NCBI GenBank assembly: GCA_023245565.1
Contig: JAHFKB010000002.1
Span: 2,534-44,879 of the forward strand
Length of the DNA: 42,346 bases
Reading direction: 5' to 3'
Source: an archaeon
Lineage (GTDB): Archaea > Nanobdellota > Nanobdellia > SCGC-AAA011-G17 > GW2011-AR18
The position numbers were made by a program, and so were the translations under genes. The notes under the pieces were generated by a model. It was not told the DNA's origin. It was given only the letters and a program-made list of their open reading frames with translations, and ran no database searches. Positions 34,763 to 42,346 of this stretch are shown here, one piece after another (position 1 is the first letter of the stretch; the number at the start of each line of letters is the position of its first letter).

Positions 34763-34943
34763 TTATTCCCCAAATTACATCTTCTTTAATTGTTGACTCT
34801 AATCTTTCTGCTTTTGTTTTTCTTATAAGTTCACGAACTGCATTTCTTATAAATTCAGAACGATTTGCATACCATCCTTCTTCTATTAATTCGTCTATTG
34901 CAACTAATAACTTTGGTGTAATTTTAGCAGGTATTGTTTCCAT
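34755..34943 (-). CDS. Ribbon-helix-helix (CopG-like) antitoxin/regulator
   Basis: 62 aa. KITPKLLVAIDELIEEGWYANRSEFIRNAVRELI is an RHH pattern. GGAGG lies 8 nt upstream of the ATG. Confidence 0.65.
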   Translation of the reverse strand: METIPAKITPKLLVAIDELIEEGWYANRSEFIRNAVRELIRKTKAERLESTIKEDVIWGING

Positions 34944-34956
34944 TTTGTTCCTCCTT

Positions 34957-34980
34957 ATAGTATTACTATAGTAATACTAT
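34957..34980. promoter_or_regulatory. 24-bp perfect palindrome, candidate operator of the RHH-PIN operon
   Basis: ATAGTATTACTATAGTAATACTAT equals its own reverse complement. It starts 14 nt upstream of the RHH start codon, directly next to the SD. Confidence 0.5.
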
Positions 34981-34982
34981 TT

Positions 34983-35028
34983 AAATTGGTAGATATTTAC
35001 TTGAAATTGGTTATTACTTATTGGTAGT
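34983..35028. promoter_or_regulatory. Three spaced ATTGGT(A/T) direct repeats in the divergent intergenic region
   Basis: AAATTGGTAGA (34983-34993), AAATTGGTTAT (35004-35014) and TTATTGGTAGT (35018-35028). Confidence 0.3.
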
Positions 35029-35085
35029 TATTAACCGAAAGTTATATAAATAACGTTTTATATCATTTTTTTATATTAAGATAAA

Positions 35086-35490
35086 ATGGCAATCGAAGTA
35101 AATGAACATAAAGTACACACAGGTACCTGGCCGACAAGTAGAGATCATTTAGATTCTCTTCAAAGAATTACTTCTAAAATTGTAGAAATTTATTTTTTTA
35201 GAAGAGTTCCAGATAATCGACATGGCCTATTAACAAAAATTGATTATGATAGAAGATTAATAAGAAATAATAAATCTGGTTTAGATATTAGGATCCAAAC
35301 TCCAGACCATGCACATGCTACATTATCTTTTTATGGATTAAAACAAATTGATGATATATTTGATTCTTTAGATTTAATTCCAAGTGTTATAAATAGAGCA
35401 GTTGGTAGAAAAGTTAATGCTTATACTAATGGTGGTTCTTTATATGGAATATGGATTCCTGGACGAGAATATGGCAATGAAAGATATTAA
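35086..35490 (+). CDS. Hypothetical protein (Arg/His-rich, compositionally unlike its neighbours)
   Basis: 134-aa ORF. No motif recognised. Confidence 0.4.
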   Translation: MAIEVNEHKVHTGTWPTSRDHLDSLQRITSKIVEIYFFRRVPDNRHGLLTKIDYDRRLIRNNKSGLDIRIQTPDHAHATLSFYGLKQIDDIFDSLDLIPSVINRAVGRKVNAYTNGGSLYGIWIPGREYGNERY

Positions 35491-35908
35491 ATTTTTAGAT
35501 GGAGATAGAAGAATAGGCAGTTCAGAATTAGATGATCTTATAAGACAAGCTCAAAGAAATTTAGGTAGAGATAATTCTTTACTATTTAATTTGCCTTATA
35601 CAAAATCAATTTATAGTCCTGAGTATAGAGAAACAAGATCTAATGGTACTGAAGTTTATTCTCTTGGTGGTAAAGTTGTGGAAGTTAAACCGGGAGAAGC
35701 TATTGATGAATTTGGAAGAGTTGTAAATTTAAGACAATTAAGAAAAGTAGCTTCAAGTGTTATTATATCCCCTATCAGATTAGATTCTCGTATTGATTTT
35801 GATGGTGGTAAATATAAAGAATTAAATTTTTTTCCTATAAATAATAGAATCTCAGAAGAAGATCCATTTGCACTTTTTAGAAATCTTGAAAATATAAATT
35901 ATTTCTAA
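35471..35908 (+). CDS. Hypothetical protein (Arg-rich)
   Basis: The track ORF 35402..35908 begins at TTG inside the previous gene. The first ATG (MAMKDIKFLDG...) is at 35471, overlapping the upstream gene by 20 nt. Confidence 0.4.
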   Translation: MAMKDIKFLDGDRRIGSSELDDLIRQAQRNLGRDNSLLFNLPYTKSIYSPEYRETRSNGTEVYSLGGKVVEVKPGEAIDEFGRVVNLRQLRKVASSVIISPIRLDSRIDFDGGKYKELNFFPINNRISEEDPFALFRNLENINYF

Positions 35909-35911
35909 AAT

Positions 35912-36586
35912 TTATTTACTCTCGTATTTAATTATTTCATCAATTTCAAATGTTGATATAGAACAACCTCTTAATCTTAATCCCCATAATAAACCATCTA
36001 ATAATTCTTTATTTGTACTTAATGAATTAATATAATTATTTAATAATCCTTTTTCAAATGCAATTGTTAATAATTCAGTACTTCTTATTACTTTAATTCC
36101 TCTAACTATAGATATAAATTCTTTTACTAATTTATTATTAATTTCTACTTTTGTGTGTAATTTTTTTTCTAATAAGCTTTGGAGTGCATAAGGGTCTTCT
36201 ATTAATAATCTCATTGTTCTTTCATCTACTACATATGCTTCTGCCTGCAATCTTAGAGCTAGAACTAAAGCTTCTACTTCTGCTTTATCTAAAATGTGAA
36301 TATTTTTTCCATTAACTGTGTAAATATTATTAACATTATTTAGTAATTCTTCAATATTAAGTTTTTCATAAACTAAAATATTTCTATCAAGCAAAGTTTT
36401 ATTTAACATTATAGATTCAAGTTTAAATAATTTTGTTTCAAATGGTTTATCTACTAATTCAAACTTAACAGAATCTGGAATATAAAATTCTCCTTTAAAA
36501 ATATCTTTTAATGGTTTTAAAACCCATAACAAATCATTAGTAGCTATACTTATTATTGTACTTGTATCAAATACTAAGTATTTCAT
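35912..36586 (-). CDS. PIN-like domain protein (224 aa)
   Basis: N-terminal YLVFDTSTIISIA, then EVEALVLAL and VVDERTMRLL acidic positions in PIN-like order. ATGA-type 4-nt overlap with the upstream gene. Confidence 0.5.
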   Translation of the reverse strand: MKYLVFDTSTIISIATNDLLWVLKPLKDIFKGEFYIPDSVKFELVDKPFETKLFKLESIMLNKTLLDRNILVYEKLNIEELLNNVNNIYTVNGKNIHILDKAEVEALVLALRLQAEAYVVDERTMRLLIEDPYALQSLLEKKLHTKVEINNKLVKEFISIVRGIKVIRSTELLTIAFEKGLLNNYINSLSTNKELLDGLLWGLRLRGCSISTFEIDEIIKYESK

Positions 36587-37152
36587 TTGAATAAACCTCT
36601 TGCAAAATTTAATCTTTCTAATGGTTTAATTGTTGTATTTTCTTTTACATCAGCAATATAAGTTTTTCCAATATAATCCATAACTTCAAATTTTGTTATT
36701 CCTAATAATTCAGCAGTTCTACCTACAGATAATCCATGTTCATATAATCTTGAAGCTTTTGTTATTTTTGATCTTCTAAAAATCTCTTTGATGTATAATC
36801 TTAATTTTGGATCTAATTTTTCTAGAGTATTTATGTATTTTTTTAAGGCAGTATCAAAACCTTGAATATCATTATTTACTAATTTATTTCTTGCTATTTC
36901 TAAACCTTTAAAACAATCAATGCAGAAAAACTGCCAGCCTTTTAATTTAGCATATTGAAAATCTCTTTCATAAATCTTACTTAGGGCATAAATTAAAACT
37001 GCAGTTGTGATTGAATATTCATCTTGATATACTGTGGCATCGTGTACTGTTTCATTACTTAGATCTCTTATTTTTTTAATATCTTCTTCTTTAATAGAAT
37101 CTATTGTCTTATTTAAAATTCTTATTATGTTATCTTTTATATGTGGTTCCAA
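36583..37152 (-). CDS. Protein with C-terminal UPF0175-like HTH (antitoxin-like) and an extra ~130-aa N-terminal domain
   Basis: ASRLYEHGLSVGRTAELLGITKFEVMDYIGK resembles UPF0175/COG2886 antitoxins that pair with PIN proteins. Confidence 0.45.
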   Translation of the reverse strand: MEPHIKDNIIRILNKTIDSIKEEDIKKIRDLSNETVHDATVYQDEYSITTAVLIYALSKIYERDFQYAKLKGWQFFCIDCFKGLEIARNKLVNNDIQGFDTALKKYINTLEKLDPKLRLYIKEIFRRSKITKASRLYEHGLSVGRTAELLGITKFEVMDYIGKTYIADVKENTTIKPLERLNFARGLFK

Positions 37153-37206
37153 CTCTTTTTCACATTTATTAAATGGTTAAACTTATTTATAAAAATAACT
37201 ATTCAA

Positions 37207-38301
37207 TTATTTATTTTTAATCATATCATTATAAGTTTTAATTAAATTTTTCTTGAATAATTCTAAATGTTCTTTTTTAATCCTACCACCTGCTGCAGGA
37301 TCATGACCTCCAACACTTGCATTTGAAATATCTTTAGTTGCTTTTTCTAATAATATATTTACTTTAATATTTATTTTTTGATCACGAGCACTTAGTGTTA
37401 AAAATTCATCATTAGGATCTTCTCTTATTAAAACTAATGTCTTTCCTGAAAAATAATCAAAACTTAAAACTGTAGATACTGAAGTCCCTATATTGAATTC
37501 TGATTTAATTTCATAAATTATTAAATTCCCGTGTTTTTCTGCTTTATCTCTATTGTTAATCCAATATTGAATTTCTCCATTAATTTTGTTTTTATATTTT
37601 ATTAAAATTTTACTATCAATTATATCTTCTGGTTTTTTAGAATTATAAATTACATCAAATACTTCTTCTATATTATCTTTGAATCTTTTACTTAATTGTA
37701 TATTTGTGGAAGCTTCTCCAAATTTGGTTTTAAATATATCATCATTAGTTTCAAATTTGTATTTTTTCATAGTTTCAAATACAAAATCTTTCCATTGATT
37801 AAATGAAGCATCGACTATTAAACCAAAACAAGATAAATAATCTATATCACTTATATCTACTAAATTAGAAAATAAATCAAATGTTAATTTTGATGCTGGA
37901 TAAGCATGACTAGCAATATCTTTATTTATAAAACTTGCATGAATAAATAATGTTTTTTTAGAATTTATATCTTTTGTATATGGGTGATGGTCTATAACTA
38001 AAATATTAAAATATTTTTCTGCTTTATCAAATAAACTAGTTGGTTTGTATGGAAAAATATCTACACAGATTAATTTTTTAACTTTATTTTTTAATAAAAA
38101 ATCTAATGCTTCTTGAGTTATTTCATGGCTAGGATCTTGAATATAAAAATCTATTTTTCTTTTTAATATTTTTTCTATAGATCTACTTATTATTACTGCT
38201 GAACAAACACCATCACCACAAAAACCATGGTAAATAATTGCTATTTTATCTTCGGATTTTATAGATTCTATATATGATTTTAGTTTTTTTATTGCATCCA
38301 T
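37207..38301 (-). CDS. DHH-DHHA1 family phosphoesterase (NrnA/RecJ-like)
   Basis: HGFCGDGVCS (motif I), VCVDI (II), VIDHHP (III) and GGHDPAAGG (DHHA1). Confidence 0.8.
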   Translation of the reverse strand: MDAIKKLKSYIESIKSEDKIAIIYHGFCGDGVCSAVIISRSIEKILKRKIDFYIQDPSHEITQEALDFLLKNKVKKLICVDIFPYKPTSLFDKAEKYFNILVIDHHPYTKDINSKKTLFIHASFINKDIASHAYPASKLTFDLFSNLVDISDIDYLSCFGLIVDASFNQWKDFVFETMKKYKFETNDDIFKTKFGEASTNIQLSKRFKDNIEEVFDVIYNSKKPEDIIDSKILIKYKNKINGEIQYWINNRDKAEKHGNLIIYEIKSEFNIGTSVSTVLSFDYFSGKTLVLIREDPNDEFLTLSARDQKINIKVNILLEKATKDISNASVGGHDPAAGGRIKKEHLELFKKNLIKTYNDMIKNK

Positions 38302-38325
38302 AAATTATTAAACTTATTTAGATAT

Positions 38326-38889
38326 TTAAGGTTTTTTACCAAATATCCCATAATCAAATATGTGTTTAATATTTTTAATATAACTTACAATGTCTGCTTC
38401 TTTAATTATTTTTTCAGGAACATTTCTTCCAGTTAAAATTAGAATCATTCCTTTTGGAGTCTCTTTTATTATTTTAATAACATCATTAACTTTTATTAAA
38501 TTACAATCCATTAAAATATTTATTTCATCTAAAATTAAAACATCTGGTTTTCTTTTCATTATTTCTTTTGCAAAATCTAAACCTTTCTTAGCTAATTCAA
38601 GATCTTCTTGATCTGGATTTTTTAAATCTACAAATTGTTCTTTTCCAAATTGATAAACTTCATAATTTTTAAGAGATTTTTGTACTTGATATTCTCCAAC
38701 ATGTTTTCTTCCTTTCATAAATTGTATAACTACTACATTTTTTCCATGACCTATTGCTCTTAGACCAAGTCCTAAAGCAGCTGTTGTTTTTCCTTCACCA
38801 TCTCCTGTAAAAACATAAACTATTCCTCTTTTTCTTGCTAATAATTTTTTAACTTTTGATGCATTGATTAATCTGTTCCAAGTTTTCAT
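38326..38889 (-). CDS. cobA: Cob(I)alamin adenosyltransferase, CobA/BtuR type
   Basis: GIVYVFTGDGEGKTTAALGLGLRAIGHGKNVVVIQFMKG and LILDEI blocks. The start codon directly abuts the nrdJ stop codon. Confidence 0.8.
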   Translation of the reverse strand: MKTWNRLINASKVKKLLARKRGIVYVFTGDGEGKTTAALGLGLRAIGHGKNVVVIQFMKGRKHVGEYQVQKSLKNYEVYQFGKEQFVDLKNPDQEDLELAKKGLDFAKEIMKRKPDVLILDEINILMDCNLIKVNDVIKIIKETPKGMILILTGRNVPEKIIKEADIVSYIKNIKHIFDYGIFGKKP

Positions 38890-40932
38890 TTAATTCTCAC
38901 ACTCTAGATTACAATTTCCATTATTATATAATACTTGTTTACCTTTGCTTCCATATCTAAATACTGTTATTCCTTTACAACCTAATTTGTAAGCTAATAA
39001 GTATGATTTTTTTACATCTTCTTTTGTTGCATTTTCAGGAAGATTTATAGTTTTAGAAACACCATTTTCAACATGTTTTTGAAAAACAGCCTGCATTTTA
39101 ACATGATATTCTGGCTCAATATCTAAAGCAGTTACAAATAATTTTCTTATGTCTATTGGAATTGATTTAATATTTTTTATAGATCCTGATTTAGAAATTT
39201 CATGAATTAATTCTTCAGAATAAAATTTTCTTTTTTTAGATATTTCTTCAAATATTTTATTTACTTCTGTTAATTTTGTTCCATCTAAAACTTCTCTTGT
39301 ATAACTAACTGCAAAAATTGGTTCTATTCCAGATGAACAAGAATTTGCAATTATACTTATAGTTCCTGTAGGTGCTATTGTTGTAACTGAAATATTTCTT
39401 GCATTTTTGTATTTATTTATTAATTTACTATTTTTAAATTTAGGAAAATCTCCTCTTTCTTGTGCTAATAAACTAGATGCTCTTCTTGCTTCTTGATTAA
39501 TAAATGACATTAATTCATCAGCTATTTTTAATGCTTTTTCTGAATTGTAGGAAATATTTAACATTATTAACATATCAGCAAAACCCATAACCCCTAAACC
39601 TATTCTTCTATTTAATTTTGTAATTATTTCTATTTCTTTTATTATATATTCATTAACATCAATTACATTATCTAAAAATCTTACAGCAATATGAATTGTT
39701 TTTCTTAATCTTTCATAATCTATTTTATTATTTTTTATAAATTTAGTTAAGTTAATACTTCCTAAAACACATGATTCAAATGGAAGCAATGGTTGTTCAC
39801 CACATGGATTTACTGCTGTAATTTTTTCATTTAATGGATTAAGTTCATTTATTTTATCTATGAAAATTAAACCTGGATCTCCTGTTTGCCAAGCACTTGT
39901 AACAATTATATCAAAAACTGTTCTTGCATTTATTTTCTTAATTATTTTTCTTGTTACTGGGTCTATTAAATCATGGTCTTTATTTTTTAAAACTGCTTCC
40001 ATGAATTTATTAGTAACAGCTACTGAAATATTAAAATTATTAAATTCATTTGGATTATTTTTACTTGTAATAAATTCTATAATGTCTGGATGATCTACTC
40101 TTAGAACTGCCATATTTGCTCCTCTTCTTTTAGAGCCTTGTTTTATTACATCAGTCATTTTATCATAGATTGAAATAAATGAAACTGGGCCTGATGATGT
40201 TCCTTTTGTTGAAGATATTATTGAATTTCTTTGTCTTAATCTAGAAAAATTAAAACCAGTTCCACCTCCTGTTTTTTGTATTAAAGCTGCTGTTTTTAGA
40301 ATATCAAATATATTTGATAAAGAATCATTTATATCAAAAACAAAACATCCTGATAATTGTTGTGATTTTGTTCCTGAATTCATTAAACATGGAGAATTTG
40401 GAAGAAATTCTAGAGAAGACATTATTTGAAAAAATTCTCCTTCAAATTTTTTTATATTTGTTCCATATTGTTTTTCTGCTTGAGCAATTGTTTTTGCTAC
40501 TCTTCTAAACATATCAATAGGATTTTCTATTGTTTCTCCTTCATTATTTTTTAATAAATATCTACTTTGTAAAACTTTTATAGAATTTATACTTAATTTA
40601 AATTGATCATTATTTGTATTGTATGATTTTTTTATTTCTCTTAATTCATTTCTTTTTTGTCTGTGTAAAATATATGATTTAGAGATTTTAGTTTGTTTTT
40701 CTTTTACTAGAACTTCTTCTATTGTATTTTGAATATTTTCTACTGTTGGAAGTCTTCCCTTATATTTATTAAATAATTGTTTTTCTATTCTGTCTAAGAG
40801 TTTAATTCCTGTTTTTGGGTCTTCACCTATAGAGATTGCTGCTTTTGCTATTGCTGAAGCTATTTTATTTCTATCAAAGTCTTTTATAGAACCATTTCTT
40901 TTTATTATTTTTGAAATCTTTTTAGTAAACAT
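38890..40932 (-). CDS. nrdJ: Adenosylcobalamin-dependent (class II) ribonucleotide reductase with N-terminal ATP-cone
   Basis: ATP-cone (IIKRNGSIKDFDRNKIASAI), NPCGEQPL catalytic block and TIAPTGTIS block. 680 aa, no room for an intein. Confidence 0.9.
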   Translation of the reverse strand: MFTKKISKIIKRNGSIKDFDRNKIASAIAKAAISIGEDPKTGIKLLDRIEKQLFNKYKGRLPTVENIQNTIEEVLVKEKQTKISKSYILHRQKRNELREIKKSYNTNNDQFKLSINSIKVLQSRYLLKNNEGETIENPIDMFRRVAKTIAQAEKQYGTNIKKFEGEFFQIMSSLEFLPNSPCLMNSGTKSQQLSGCFVFDINDSLSNIFDILKTAALIQKTGGGTGFNFSRLRQRNSIISSTKGTSSGPVSFISIYDKMTDVIKQGSKRRGANMAVLRVDHPDIIEFITSKNNPNEFNNFNISVAVTNKFMEAVLKNKDHDLIDPVTRKIIKKINARTVFDIIVTSAWQTGDPGLIFIDKINELNPLNEKITAVNPCGEQPLLPFESCVLGSINLTKFIKNNKIDYERLRKTIHIAVRFLDNVIDVNEYIIKEIEIITKLNRRIGLGVMGFADMLIMLNISYNSEKALKIADELMSFINQEARRASSLLAQERGDFPKFKNSKLINKYKNARNISVTTIAPTGTISIIANSCSSGIEPIFAVSYTREVLDGTKLTEVNKIFEEISKKRKFYSEELIHEISKSGSIKNIKSIPIDIRKLFVTALDIEPEYHVKMQAVFQKHVENGVSKTINLPENATKEDVKKSYLLAYKLGCKGITVFRYGSKGKQVLYNNGNCNLECEN

Positions 40933-41014
40933 TCATCCTCTCTTAAATATATATTTACTAAAATATAGAATTTATATACATTTCTAAGAATATAAATATT
41001 TCAGTTTGTTGATC

Positions 41015-42004
41015 TTAACCACCAATAAGATAAAGATATCTTTCAAATTCACTTAAGCTTGCTAACCAAGAATCTGGTCCTGTTTCTGCTTGATGAATAA
41101 TTTCCCTAGATCTAAAAGTTCCTCTAGGTGAATCTTTTCTTGCATAATCTGAATAAAGAATGTGGTCTAATAAATCTCCAGGTTTGTAAACTTTTGCTGG
41201 TTCGTAACCATTGACAAAATCTTCCCTATAAAAAATTCTTGCTTCTCCAGTGCCTAATAATTTAATTTCATCACCTTTTATTTTTAGTATTCCACCTTCT
41301 CTTAAACCAATAACTGGATATGGAAAGTCATGATGATATTCCATTATTCTGTCTTTGTGGGATTCTCCTTGATGATCTATTAAATCTACAATTCTTGGAT
41401 TAATCTCCATAACTTTTGCACGTTCTTCATCTGTCACAACTATCTTATCCAAATAATGAGGTTTAATTCCAAATGGAATAAACTGTAAAGCATCAAGATC
41501 TCCTACAGGCTTAGCGTTGTCATTTGAAGTGGCTATATTCATTCCAGCGATAACTGTTCCTGCACTAACGCCTAGATAAGGCATACCATCCTTTACTCTT
41601 TCTTTAATGTGTCCTGTTACTCCTGTTCCTTGTAGTTTCCTTAGTAAATCAAATGTATTTCCCCCACCAACATAAATAGCCTCAGCATTATTGACTGCTT
41701 TTCTTGCATTTTCCCCATCTTGAATTCCTCTTAATTCAAAACCCATTTGCTCAAAACGTTGTTTCATAAATTTAGTATAACTCCCCATTCTTTCTTCATA
41801 TTTTGGAATTTCTAGTTTTTCTCCTGCTTTTCTTTTACCACTTAGTATTAATTCATCAATAGCGCTTGGTCCTGCATATGGAATAAATAAAACCGTTTTA
41901 ACACCAGCAAAATGTTCCGTTATTTCTTTTTCACAATATCCTAAGAAAACTTTAGGTTGGTCTCTTGTTTTAGAATTGCTAACCAATAATAAATTATTTA
42001 CCAT
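41015..42004 (-). CDS. Peptidase S51 (dipeptidase E-like) with ~100-aa C-terminal extension
   Basis: LLLVSNS, IYVGGGNTFDLL and YLGVSAGTVIAG (nucleophile Ser) blocks. The protein and its DNA look less AT/Lys-biased than the neighbours. Confidence 0.65.
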   Translation of the reverse strand: MVNNLLLVSNSKTRDQPKVFLGYCEKEITEHFAGVKTVLFIPYAGPSAIDELILSGKRKAGEKLEIPKYEERMGSYTKFMKQRFEQMGFELRGIQDGENARKAVNNAEAIYVGGGNTFDLLRKLQGTGVTGHIKERVKDGMPYLGVSAGTVIAGMNIATSNDNAKPVGDLDALQFIPFGIKPHYLDKIVVTDEERAKVMEINPRIVDLIDHQGESHKDRIMEYHHDFPYPVIGLREGGILKIKGDEIKLLGTGEARIFYREDFVNGYEPAKVYKPGDLLDHILYSDYARKDSPRGTFRSREIIHQAETGPDSWLASLSEFERYLYLIGG

Positions 42005-42085
42005 AGTTATTTATCATAATAGTAAAAATTAAAAAGGCTTTGTTTAAATCTAAAGCATTAAAAATAATAAAATATTCCTAAACTA

Positions 42086-42346
42086 ATGCAACTCTACTTT
42101 CCTCATGAAAATATAAGAGAATCTCAGAAAGAATTAATAGATAAAATACAGGAAGCTATAAGTAAAAAAACTAATTTAATAGCTCATGCTCCAACTGGAT
42201 TAGGAAAAACAGCAGCTTCTATAAGTGTTGCTTTAAGTCTTGCATTAGAAAATAAATTAACTGTATTTTTTATAACACCAAAACACACTCAACATAGGAT
42301 TGCAGTTGAAACTTTAAAATTAATTAAAGAAAAATATAATTTAGAT
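42086..42346 (+). CDS. 5' part of an XPD/Rad3 (DinG)-family helicase, truncated by the window end
   Basis: ATG at 42086. RESQKELIDKI then Walker A AHAPTGLGKTAA, as at the N-terminus of XPD-type helicases. Confidence 0.6.
   Translation, partial: MQLYFPHENIRESQKELIDKIQEAISKKTNLIAHAPTGLGKTAASISVALSLALENKLTVFFITPKHTQHRIAVETLKLIKEKYNLD

Noticed and set aside
38390-40508. Plus-strand ORFs 38390..38611, 39860..40093 and 40314..40508
   Set aside because: They are antisense to cobA and nrdJ.
38890-40932. Possible intein in the ribonucleotide reductase
   Set aside because: The 680-aa length, with contiguous catalytic blocks (NPCGEQPL, TIAPTGTIS), leaves no room for an intein insertion.
1-42346. CRISPR arrays, rRNA genes, IS elements and transposases
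   Set aside because: Reading both strands, I found no regularly spaced direct repeats, no rRNA-like GC-rich long non-coding segment, and no transposase or integrase-like ORF. An exhaustive repeat search was not possible by eye.

Overview
Very AT-rich, tightly packed archaeal chromosome segment. Archaeal markers include EF-1alpha, ribosomal protein uS10, archease, translin, GatB, a B12-dependent class II ribonucleotide reductase and intron-containing tRNA genes. The compaction (many ATGA/TAATG gene junctions), lysine/asparagine-rich proteins and non-canonical tRNA introns suggest a small-genome DPANN-type archaeon; this is inference, no search was run. I support about 60 CDS, 3 tRNA genes, 2 probable gene remnants, one perfect palindromic operator and one short intragenic repeat. 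I saw no rRNA, CRISPR array, integrase or transposase. Housekeeping genes (alaX, rpe, rpiB, bcp, tuf, rps10, gatB, nrdJ-cobA) are interleaved with accessory material. Main points worth a second look: (1) Three divergent paralogs of an uncharacterised protein family carry a complete RecB/Cas4-type PD-(D/E)xK signature (E, D, ExK, QxxxY). They bracket an ABC/FtsX plus surface-protein operon right beside tRNA-Val, in a stretch that also holds toxin-antitoxin modules. (2) Two of the three tRNA genes have introns at non-canonical positions: tRNA-Ser has an anticodon-loop intron plus a ~56-nt T-loop insert, and tRNA-Gly has a D-arm insert. (3) A block of unknown genes at 12.5-19.5 kb holds two single-pass membrane paralogs, a PIN-like protein, a membrane-anchored Zot-like P-loop ATPase, an orphan J-domain protein and a SplB-like protein with a CX15CX2C motif. 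(4) At least five toxin-antitoxin-like modules are present, one of them preceded by a 24-bp perfect palindrome. All functional calls rest on motifs read by eye from the supplied translations. No database search, fold prediction or statistic was computed.
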